From contig CAMDPE010000001.1 in the NCBI GenBank assembly GCA_945903795.1, positions 1-44,071 on the forward strand: a DNA stretch of 44,071 nucleotides. Direction: 5' to 3'. This document shows positions 10,652 through 17,915 of this stretch, piece after piece. The position numbers were made by a program, and so were the translations under genes. The stretch is from Lutibacter flavus. Its GTDB lineage: Bacteria; Bacteroidota; Bacteroidia; Flavobacteriales; Flavobacteriaceae. How positions within the stretch are numbered: position 1 is the first letter of the stretch; the number at the start of each line of letters is the position of its first letter. A model generated the notes under the pieces. That model did no database searches, was not told the origin of the DNA, and saw nothing but the letters and a program-made list of their open reading frames with translations.

Positions 10652-11689
10652 ATGAAATACACTACGCTGCCAAATACCAACATAAAAGTGAGTAAAATTT
10701 GTTTGGGCACGATGACTTTCGGACAACAAAATACCGAAAGCGATGCTCATGAACAATTGAATTATGCAGTTGAAAATGGCATAAATTTTATTGATACTGC
10801 GGAAATGTATTCAATTCCCGGAAAAAAGGAAACGCAGGGAAGCACCGAGCGGTTTATTGGAAGCTGGCTGAAAAATCAAAAAAGAGACCAATTAATTGTG
10901 GCTTCCAAAGTGGCGGGCCCAAATGATTATTTTAAATATATACGAGAAAATTTAGATTTTTCAAAAGAGGTTTTGCAAGATGCTTTGGAAAAAAGTTTAA
11001 ACCGATTACAAACTGATTACTTGGATATTTACCAATTGCATTGGCCGGAAAGAAATACCAATTTTTTTGGCAAAAGGAATTATAAACACGACGCAAATGA
11101 AAAGTGGGAAGATAATTTTAAGGAAGTTATAGAAGTGTTGGACGGATTCGTTATAGCAGGGAAAATTCGCCATTACGGCGTTTCCAATGAAACTTCTTGG
11201 GGATTGATGCGCCATTTGGAGGAAAGCAAACACCATAATTTAACGCGTTGTAAAACCATTCAAAATCCGTATTCCTTATTAAACAGAACTTTTGAGATTA
11301 ATTTGGCTGAAGTTGCCCAACGAGAAAATGTTGGTTTGCTGGCATATTCCCCATTGGGTTTTGGTATGTTGTCGGGCAAATACCTCACCGGGAATGCCGC
11401 TGAAAATTCCCGTTTAAACTTGTTTCCCGCCTATTCCAGATACAGCAGTGAACAGTCAAAATTTTTAATCCAAAAATATGCCGAACTGGCGAAGGAATTA
11501 AATATGAGTCTGGCGCAAATAGCATTGGCTTTTGTGAATCAGCAACCTTTTTTGACATCAAATATTATTGGCGCAACAACCGTGCAACAATTACAAGAGA
11601 ATATTTCAAGTATTGAGGTGGAACTTTCCGAAGAAATCTTGAAAAAAATAGATGAAATTCACGAACTGCAGCCAAATCCGGCACCGTAA
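10652..11689 (+). CDS. NADP(H)-dependent aldo/keto reductase (Tas-like)
   Basis: LGTMTFG, FIDTAEMY, DIYQLHWP, GVSNE, QNPYSLLNR, AYSPLGFG; TACATTTG -7 box at 10577-10584. Confidence 0.94.
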   Translation: MKYTTLPNTNIKVSKICLGTMTFGQQNTESDAHEQLNYAVENGINFIDTAEMYSIPGKKETQGSTERFIGSWLKNQKRDQLIVASKVAGPNDYFKYIRENLDFSKEVLQDALEKSLNRLQTDYLDIYQLHWPERNTNFFGKRNYKHDANEKWEDNFKEVIEVLDGFVIAGKIRHYGVSNETSWGLMRHLEESKHHNLTRCKTIQNPYSLLNRTFEINLAEVAQRENVGLLAYSPLGFGMLSGKYLTGNAAENSRLNLFPAYSRYSSEQSKFLIQKYAELAKELNMSLAQIALAFVNQQPFLTSNIIGATTVQQLQENISSIEVELSEEILKKIDEIHELQPNPAP

Positions 11690-11691
11690 GA

Positions 11692-11798
11692 ATAGTTGAA
11701 ATGTTTAATCGTTTATTTGTTTAACCAATTAGTATTGAAAAAAAACCAGAAACTTCAAACTTGAAACCAAAAGCATATAACTCAAAACTCACAACTAA
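11692..11798. repeat. 8-nt tandem repeat x4 followed by 7-nt tandem repeat x8
   Basis: atagttga aatgttta atcgttta tttgttta (11692-11723); aaaccag aaacttc aaacttg aaaccaa aagcata taactca aaactca caactaa (11743-11798). Confidence 0.6.
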
Positions 11799-11799
11799 A

Positions 11800-12768
11800 T
11801 TAGTATCCCAATTTCGCACGAACTCTTTTCAACACTTCAGAAGCGACTTTACGCGCTTTTACGGCACCGATGGCCAAGGCTTCATCAATTTCGTTTAAGT
11901 TATTCATATAATAATTGTAGCATTCTCTTTCAACAGCGTATTTAATAACCAACAGTTCGTAAAAAGCTTGTTTTGCCGTTCCGTAACCGTAGTTTCCTGC
12001 TTCATAATTTGCCCTCATTTCGGCAATTTGGGCTGGTGAAGCAATTAATTTATACAATGCAAATAAATTACAGGTATCCGGATTTTTAGGTTCTTCAAGC
12101 GGCGTAGAATCGGTTTGGATTTTCATGATTTGCTTGCGCAATTCCTTATCTGATAAAAATAAATTGATGATATTTCCGCTTGATTTGCTCATTTTTCCGC
12201 CATCGGTTCCCGGAACATACATGGTGCCTTCCTGAATTTTAGCATCTGGTGGAACCAACGTATCGCCCATTTGATGGTTAAATCGGTTGGCAACATCACG
12301 TGTCATTTCCAAATGTTGCAATTGGTCTTTTCCAACAGGAACTATTTCTGCATCATACAATAAAATATCGGCAGCCATCAGCATAGGATAGTAAAACAAT
12401 CCCGCATTTACATCATCCAATCTGTCGGATTTATCTTTAAAACCGTGGGCAAGCGTTAAGCGTTGGTAAGGAAAAAAACAGCTTAAATACCAAGAAAGTT
12501 CTGCCACTTCGGGAATATCGCTCTGACGATAAAAAACGGTTTTGTTGACATCCAAACCAAAAGCAAGCCAGGTTGCGGCCGTGCTGTAAGTGTTTTGACG
12601 CAATTCATCTCCATTTTTTATTTGGGTTAATGAGTGCAAATCGGCGATAAATAAAAACGAATCGTTGTTGGCATCGTTCGCCATCGTAATTGCAGGAATA
12701 ATAGCCCCTAATAAATTTCCTAAATGCGGCGTTCCCGTACTTTGAACGCCTGTTAAAATTCTTGACAT
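11800..12768 (-). CDS. trpS: Tryptophan--tRNA ligase; start re-called to MSRILTG at 12768
   Basis: HLGN (HIGH), YPMLMAADILLY, VPVGKDQ, KMSKS; minus-strand TATTTTTG at 12794-12787 lies inside the longer ORF and supports the later start. Confidence 0.97.
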   Translation of the reverse strand: MSRILTGVQSTGTPHLGNLLGAIIPAITMANDANNDSFLFIADLHSLTQIKNGDELRQNTYSTAATWLAFGLDVNKTVFYRQSDIPEVAELSWYLSCFFPYQRLTLAHGFKDKSDRLDDVNAGLFYYPMLMAADILLYDAEIVPVGKDQLQHLEMTRDVANRFNHQMGDTLVPPDAKIQEGTMYVPGTDGGKMSKSSGNIINLFLSDKELRKQIMKIQTDSTPLEEPKNPDTCNLFALYKLIASPAQIAEMRANYEAGNYGYGTAKQAFYELLVIKYAVERECYNYYMNNLNEIDEALAIGAVKARKVASEVLKRVRAKLGY

Positions 12769-12848
12769 TATTTCAAATTTAAGGAGCAAAAATACATATT
12801 TCAAAAAGAAAATAAGAATAGAATTAAAAATTACTATTTTTGGAGTTT

Positions 12849-12908
12849 ATGAACCGAGCCATCCAAATTTTGAATTTTAAAATTATGCTCAATAGCGAAC
12901 AGCATATG
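12849..12908 (+). repeat. ~60-nt leader element, copy 2
   Basis: ATGAAcCGAGCCATcCAAATTTTG...AATaGCGAacaGCATaTG, just after TATTTTTG at 12835-12842. Confidence 0.6.
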
Positions 12909-12936
12909 CTTCAGCTAAAAAACAAAAAGATAGCAT

Positions 12937-13695
12937 ATGACAATTTTTAGATACTTTTTTATTCTTGTTTGGCGCATATGGTTTTATACCTGGTTTTTAT
13001 TGAGCATAATTCCAGTATTTCCCGTATTAATAATAGTCACATCTTCGGAAAAAATGTATCCTATATTTTTTAAAATTGCGAGGGCTTGGGCAAAAACCAT
13101 CCTTTTTGTGATGGGTTTTAAAATAGATTTAGCGGAAGAACAGGTTTTGAAAAAGGAAAAAAGTTTTATGTTTTGCCCAAATCATACTTCTATGATTGAT
13201 GTTTTCGTGATGTTGGCAATTACTAAAAATCCATTTGTATTTGTAGGAAAAAAAGAACTGACAAATATTCCAATCTTCGGATTTTTTTATAAGAGAACTT
13301 GTATTATTGTTGACAGAAGTGATTCAAAAAGCAGAAGTGCTGTTTTTGATAAAGCCAGATTAAGATTGGATGATGGCCTTGATATTTGTATTTTTCCCGA
13401 AGGACTGGTGCCTGATGATGAAAGCGTGATCTTAGCCGATTTTAAAAATGGCGCATTTCGTTTGGCGATTGAATATCAAATTCCCATTGTGCCAATTACA
13501 ATGTACGATTGCAAAAAACTGTTTTCCTATACTTTTTTTAGCGGAAGTCCGGGGAAGTTACGCGTAAAAGTCCATTCAGTTATTTCGACAGAAGGATTAA
13601 TTTTAAAGGATAGCAATTCATTAAAAAAACAAACTTTTGAGGTTATTTATAATGAGTTGGAAACTGATGAAAAACAAAGGGAAATAAGCACTTAA
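12937..13695 (+). CDS. plsC: 1-acyl-sn-glycerol-3-phosphate (lysophospholipid) acyltransferase
   Basis: NHTSMID, IFPEG, FKNGAF, PIVP acyltransferase blocks. Confidence 0.9.
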   Translation: MTIFRYFFILVWRIWFYTWFLLSIIPVFPVLIIVTSSEKMYPIFFKIARAWAKTILFVMGFKIDLAEEQVLKKEKSFMFCPNHTSMIDVFVMLAITKNPFVFVGKKELTNIPIFGFFYKRTCIIVDRSDSKSRSAVFDKARLRLDDGLDICIFPEGLVPDDESVILADFKNGAFRLAIEYQIPIVPITMYDCKKLFSYTFFSGSPGKLRVKVHSVISTEGLILKDSNSLKKQTFEVIYNELETDEKQREIST

Positions 13696-13720
13696 TTTAA
13701 GTTTTTTTCGTTAAATTAAA

Positions 13721-14377
13721 ATGGAACAGCATAAAATAACTTTTTATGAACCAAAAGAAGAAAGGTTCAATGTAATCTCACATGCCATAGGCTTGGTTTT
13801 AAGCATAGTGGCACTGGTGCTTTTAGTTGTTTATTCAAGTCTAAACGGAAATAGTTGGCATATTGTGAGTTTCAGTATTTATGGGGCGAGTTTAATTTTA
13901 TTGTACTCGGCATCAACATTTTACCACTATGCTGAAAACCCCAAACTTCGTCACCGATTGAATGTTTTTGACCATTCGGCGATTTATGTTTTGATTGCAG
14001 GAACCTATACGCCATTTACATTGGTTGTTTTAAATGGCTGGGTTGGATGGACTATTTTTGGTGTTTCTTGGGGATTGGCATTTACGGGCATTGTGCTGAA
14101 GCTTTTTTTTACCGGTAAATATGATAAAATTTCCACTTTTGCTTATGTTTTAATGGGCTGGCTCATTATTTTTGCTCTAAAACCTTTAATAATGAATTTT
14201 TCTTTTGAAGGTTTAATGTGGTTGTTGGCTGGTGGCATTTTTTATACCGTTGGCGCCAATTTGTACAGTATTAAAAAAATTAAATACAACCACGCAATTT
14301 TTCATATTTTTGTATTGTTGGGGAGTTTTTCGCATTTTATTGCCGTGTTTTTTTATGTTCTGCCTATCAAAAAATAG
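13721..14377 (+). CDS. Hemolysin III / PAQR family membrane protein
   Basis: EERFNVISH, STFYH, DHSAIYVLIAGTYTP, HAIFHIFV motifs. Confidence 0.94.
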   Translation: MEQHKITFYEPKEERFNVISHAIGLVLSIVALVLLVVYSSLNGNSWHIVSFSIYGASLILLYSASTFYHYAENPKLRHRLNVFDHSAIYVLIAGTYTPFTLVVLNGWVGWTIFGVSWGLAFTGIVLKLFFTGKYDKISTFAYVLMGWLIIFALKPLIMNFSFEGLMWLLAGGIFYTVGANLYSIKKIKYNHAIFHIFVLLGSFSHFIAVFFYVLPIKK

Positions 14378-14527
14378 GAATTTTAAGCACATAAATTTTT
14401 TAGAACTCTATATTATTTATTTGTTTATTAATAAAAATATATATTGAAATGAAAAAAATCGTTAAGTTTTGAACGAAAATAATATTATGAATAATTATGT
14501 TTCTGGATAAAAAAAATAAAAAAATCG

Positions 14528-14564
14528 CAACTTTTTGAACATATATTCAAAAGTTGTATCTTGC
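14528..14564 (+). promoter_or_regulatory. Promoter of the LytTR/kinase operon with an overlapping inverted repeat
   Basis: CAACTTTTTGAA-catata-TTCAAAAGTTG immediately before TATCTTGC (14557-14564); the same -7 variant occurs at 2164-2171. Confidence 0.55.
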
Positions 14565-14596
14565 ATACAAATTTAACAAATGTCAACCCATTAAAC

Positions 14597-15337
14597 ATGC
14601 TACAAATTTTACTAGTTGATGACGAAAATGATGCTTTAGAAGCATTAGAGTGGAAATTAAATAACTACATTGAAAACGTAGTTGTTAAAACTTGCAATTC
14701 ACCAATTAAGGCTATAGAAATTATTAATAATGAAAAACCTGATGTAGTTTTTTTAGACATACAAATGCCAGAGATGGATGGCTTTACGATGATTGAAAAA
14801 CTACAAAACAGAGATTTTAACTTGATTTTCACCACTGCGCATGATGAATTTGCCTTAAAAGCAATAAAAGTATCAGCAATTGACTATTTATTAAAACCAG
14901 TTGATAAGGACGAGTTATTGGCCGCAATGGATAAAATTAAAAAGTCCAAAAAAGGTGATTTATTGGAAAACAAATTGCAATTATTGTTGAACAATATTAA
15001 TGAAAATAACGATAAAATTAATATTTCCGCTGATGGCAAGGTCTATTTATTGGACAAAGATGATGTTGTCATGTTGAAATCAGATAAAAGTTATACCACA
15101 ATTTATTTAAAGTCCGAGCAGCAAATTGTAGTATCTAAAACACTTAAAGAAGTGGAGAAGAAATTTATGTTTCCTGAGTTTTTCAGAGTGCATAATTCGT
15201 ATTTGGTAAATTTAAACCACGTAAAGGAATACCTTAAAGGATTAGGCGGTGAATTGATAATGACCAATGGTTTAACGGCAAGCATAAGCCGAAACAGAAA
15301 AATCGAATTGTTTAAAAGATTATACTTAGATAGCTAA
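14597..15337 (+). CDS. LytTR family DNA-binding response regulator; start re-called to MLQILLVDDE at 14597
   Basis: REC: LVDDE, FLDIQMP, FTTAH, DYLLKP; LytTR: FFRVHNSYLVNL. Confidence 0.96.
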   Translation: MLQILLVDDENDALEALEWKLNNYIENVVVKTCNSPIKAIEIINNEKPDVVFLDIQMPEMDGFTMIEKLQNRDFNLIFTTAHDEFALKAIKVSAIDYLLKPVDKDELLAAMDKIKKSKKGDLLENKLQLLLNNINENNDKINISADGKVYLLDKDDVVMLKSDKSYTTIYLKSEQQIVVSKTLKEVEKKFMFPEFFRVHNSYLVNLNHVKEYLKGLGGELIMTNGLTASISRNRKIELFKRLYLDS

Positions 15338-16662
15338 TGCTGTTAGACTTTAATTCTGAAATATTTTCTTGGATAAGGGGCGGTCTTTTCGTCTTGTTTC
15401 TCTACCACTTTTTAATTTTTTTTCAAAATAAAAGTAAACTATACCTATATTATAGTTTATTCTTATTGGCAATGACCGTTTATTTGCTGCAACACGTTGT
15501 TCCCGAAAATTTCAAACCTTTTTACAGCTATGTTAATTTTCCCATTCAGTTTTTAGCGTATGCTGCTTATGTGGCTTTTGCCAGAGATTTGTTAGACACC
15601 AGATCTCATTTAATACAATGGGACAAGTATTTTGAACTTGAAATAAAAGTATTGGTGTTATTAGCGCCTATTTTTATGCTCATTCAGTTCTTTTTGGGCT
15701 ACGATTTTCAAGTTAAAGCCTTTACTGCAATAATGCCTGCTTTAATAATATTTACCTTTATTTCCTATTATATTGTACTCACCAGAATTAACGATAATTT
15801 CTCTTTTTATTTTGTTGCAGGCTCTTTAATTTATGTAGTTTTGGCCAGTGTGAGTTTTCTGGAGGCATTTGTCGGCAGAGATTTTTTTCTAAGTAAAGGT
15901 GTTGAACCCATGTTTTTTGTGTATTTGGGTACTTTACTGCAAAGTATCATATTTGCTGTCCTTCTTGGATTAATCATTAAACGAATTGAACAAAAAAGCA
16001 AAAACGCTGAAGTTAAACTGGCCGTAAAATTGAAGGAAATGGAGGAGCTTAAAATGACAGCGCTTCAAAGCCAGATGAACCCGCATTTTCTGTTTAATTC
16101 CTTAAATTCCATCAATAATTTCGTATTAAAAAATGACATTGAAAAAGCTTCAGATTATATCACAAAGTTTTCTAAACTCATTCGTGTTATTTTAAATAGT
16201 TCTTCAAGTCCAACTTCATCACTTACTGAAGAGCTGGCCGTTTTGGCTTTGTATGTAAAACTAGAACAGATGCGGGTAAATGGCGGTTTTGAGTATATTG
16301 TTACCCTTGATAAAAATTTAAAATTGGATCACATAAAAGTACCCACATTATTTTTGCAGCCCTTTATTGAAAATGCTATTTGGCACGGAATCATGAAAAA
16401 AGATGGTGAAAAGGAGATTGAATTATGCATAAAAGAAGTTCAAGGCAATGTGTTCTGCATTATTCGTGATAACGGAATTGGAATTAACAAAGCCAGAGAA
16501 CTTGATCAAATAACTCAAAAGAAAAGATTTTTTGGGACAGAAACTACAGAAAACCGAATTAGGGTTTTGCACCAAAATAAAGGTGTAACTATTGAAACAA
16601 AAGATATTTCTGTTGGCATACAAACAGGTACTCAAGTTTCCATAAGTTTCCCTTCAATTTAA
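15337..16662 (+). CDS. LytS-type sensor histidine kinase with N-terminal ~7-TM sensor
   Basis: ALQSQMNPHFLFNSLNSI, LQPFIENAIWHG, DNGIGI; hydrophobic N-terminal half; TAATG overlap with the regulator gene. Confidence 0.95.
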   Translation: MLLDFNSEIFSWIRGGLFVLFLYHFLIFFQNKSKLYLYYSLFLLAMTVYLLQHVVPENFKPFYSYVNFPIQFLAYAAYVAFARDLLDTRSHLIQWDKYFELEIKVLVLLAPIFMLIQFFLGYDFQVKAFTAIMPALIIFTFISYYIVLTRINDNFSFYFVAGSLIYVVLASVSFLEAFVGRDFFLSKGVEPMFFVYLGTLLQSIIFAVLLGLIIKRIEQKSKNAEVKLAVKLKEMEELKMTALQSQMNPHFLFNSLNSINNFVLKNDIEKASDYITKFSKLIRVILNSSSSPTSSLTEELAVLALYVKLEQMRVNGGFEYIVTLDKNLKLDHIKVPTLFLQPFIENAIWHGIMKKDGEKEIELCIKEVQGNVFCIIRDNGIGINKARELDQITQKKRFFGTETTENRIRVLHQNKGVTIETKDISVGIQTGTQVSISFPSI

Positions 16663-16842
16663 GTTGAAACCTATTTTTAAAAAGTAATACACAAAATTCG
16701 TTCAGTTTTAAAATTAATATGTTGTTAAAACATATTATAAAATAGAAATGAAATGAATGGGCTTTTAAATTATTGAAATAGTTGATTGTCATTAATCTAC
16801 TTGTATTTTAATAAAAATAATCAATTTAGACCATCCTAAATA

Positions 16843-16893
16843 TCCATTTGTTGTTAAAATATAACCATTTGTATATTTTTTTTGTTCATTTGC
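16843..16893 (+). promoter_or_regulatory. Three LytTR-type direct repeats, 21-bp period
   Basis: CCATTTG at 16844, CCATTTG at 16865, TCATTTG at 16886. Confidence 0.75.
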
Positions 16894-16898
16894 AAAGT

Positions 16899-16933
16899 TT
16901 TGTAAAAAGGAATGAGTATCAATAGTATCTTTG
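16899..16933 (+). promoter_or_regulatory. Promoter of candidate sRNA
   Basis: TTTG at 16899-16902 and perfect TATCTTTG at 16926-16933; same 23-nt spacing as the gdhA promoter. Confidence 0.72.
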
Positions 16934-16938
16934 AGTTG

Positions 16939-17064
16939 TATTAATGTCAAGAGGGGTTTTGGCACTTTACACTAAAAATATTAAATAAGTCTTTGGGGTT
17001 GATTTATTTATTCCTTAAACATTTTAAATGTATTTATATATTAAAATGTTTAAGGTTTTTTTTT
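16939..17064 (+). ncRNA. Candidate ~125-nt small RNA with two GGGG-loop hairpins (5' end approximate)
   Basis: Hairpin 1 TGTCAAGA-GGGG-TTTTGGCA (16945-16964); hairpin 2 TAAATAAGTC-TTTGGGGTT-GATTTATTTA (16982-17010); own promoter and terminator; only a 14-codon ORF inside. Confidence 0.72.
17013..17064 (+). terminator. Intrinsic terminator of candidate sRNA
   Basis: Perfect 15-bp stem CCTTAAACATTTTAA / TTAAAATGTTTAAGG followed by T9. Confidence 0.9.
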
Positions 17065-17196
17065 GGTCTAAATTTTAGAATGTTTTCTTACTTCGCGTTA
17101 TATCAAATTAAAGAAAACTAATTTATGATTGTTGATGCTTAAAAGCAATATATTTACACATCATTATGTGATAAAAAAGGCCCTTAATAGTTAACA

Positions 17197-17913
17197 ATGA
17201 TTCAAACCACCAAAGCGATAGTAATTAATACCATAAAATTTGGGGATACTAGTTTAATAGCAACTTGTTATACTAAAGAATATGGCATAAAATCCTACAT
17301 GCTTAAAGGCATTTTGACCTCAAAAAAATCGACCGTAAAGCTGGCTTATTTTCAACCATTAATGGTGCTGAATTTAACGGCAAATCATAACAACAAAGGC
17401 GCTTTAAACTTTATTAAAGATGTTGAAGTGCTTAACTTTAATCATTCTATTTATTCAACCATAAAAAAGCAGACTATCGCTTTATTTTTGTCGGAAGTGG
17501 TTCATTTTTCCATTCGTGAAGAAGAACAAAACAGTCAGCTTTTCCAATACCTTGAGACTTCTTTTTTGTGGCTGGAGACCCATGATAATTGTTCCAATTT
17601 TCATTTGCTTTTTTTGCTGAATTTGACCAAATTTTTGGGGTTTTATCCTGATATGAAAGCGCCCAATGCTTCTTATTTTGATTTACAAGAAGGAAGTTTT
17701 ACCAACGAGAAAAAATTTAATGCAGTTTCCGGTGAGGATTTAGTGCAATTTAAGAAACTTTTAGGCATAAATTTTGATGTGTTGCATGAAGTTGATTTTA
17801 GTGTGTCAAACCGACAAACTGTATTGTCAATTTTAATTCAATATTTTGAATTGCATCTAAGTGGCTTTAGAAAGCCAAAATCATTAACTGTTTTAAAAGC
17901 TGTTTTTAGCTAA
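17197..17913 (+). CDS. recO: DNA repair protein RecO
   Basis: N-terminal TKAIVI...FGDTSLIATCYTKEYG OB fold, LTKFLGFYP, FDLQEGSF, KSLTVLKAVF. Confidence 0.93.
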   Translation: MIQTTKAIVINTIKFGDTSLIATCYTKEYGIKSYMLKGILTSKKSTVKLAYFQPLMVLNLTANHNNKGALNFIKDVEVLNFNHSIYSTIKKQTIALFLSEVVHFSIREEEQNSQLFQYLETSFLWLETHDNCSNFHLLFLLNLTKFLGFYPDMKAPNASYFDLQEGSFTNEKKFNAVSGEDLVQFKKLLGINFDVLHEVDFSVSNRQTVLSILIQYFELHLSGFRKPKSLTVLKAVFS

Positions 17914-17915
17914 TT

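Noticed and set aside
16589-16792. 67-aa minus-strand ORF near the sRNA promoter
   Set aside because: Low-complexity AT-rich translation overlapping the kinase 3' end; no recognisable motif
16908-16916. AGGAATGAG shared with 31789-31797
   Set aside because: Different distance to the -7 box (18 versus 22 nt); probably chance
16944-16988. 14-codon ORF inside the candidate sRNA
   Set aside because: Start codon runs into hairpin 1 and the ORF does not explain hairpin 2; kept only as an alternative hypothesis
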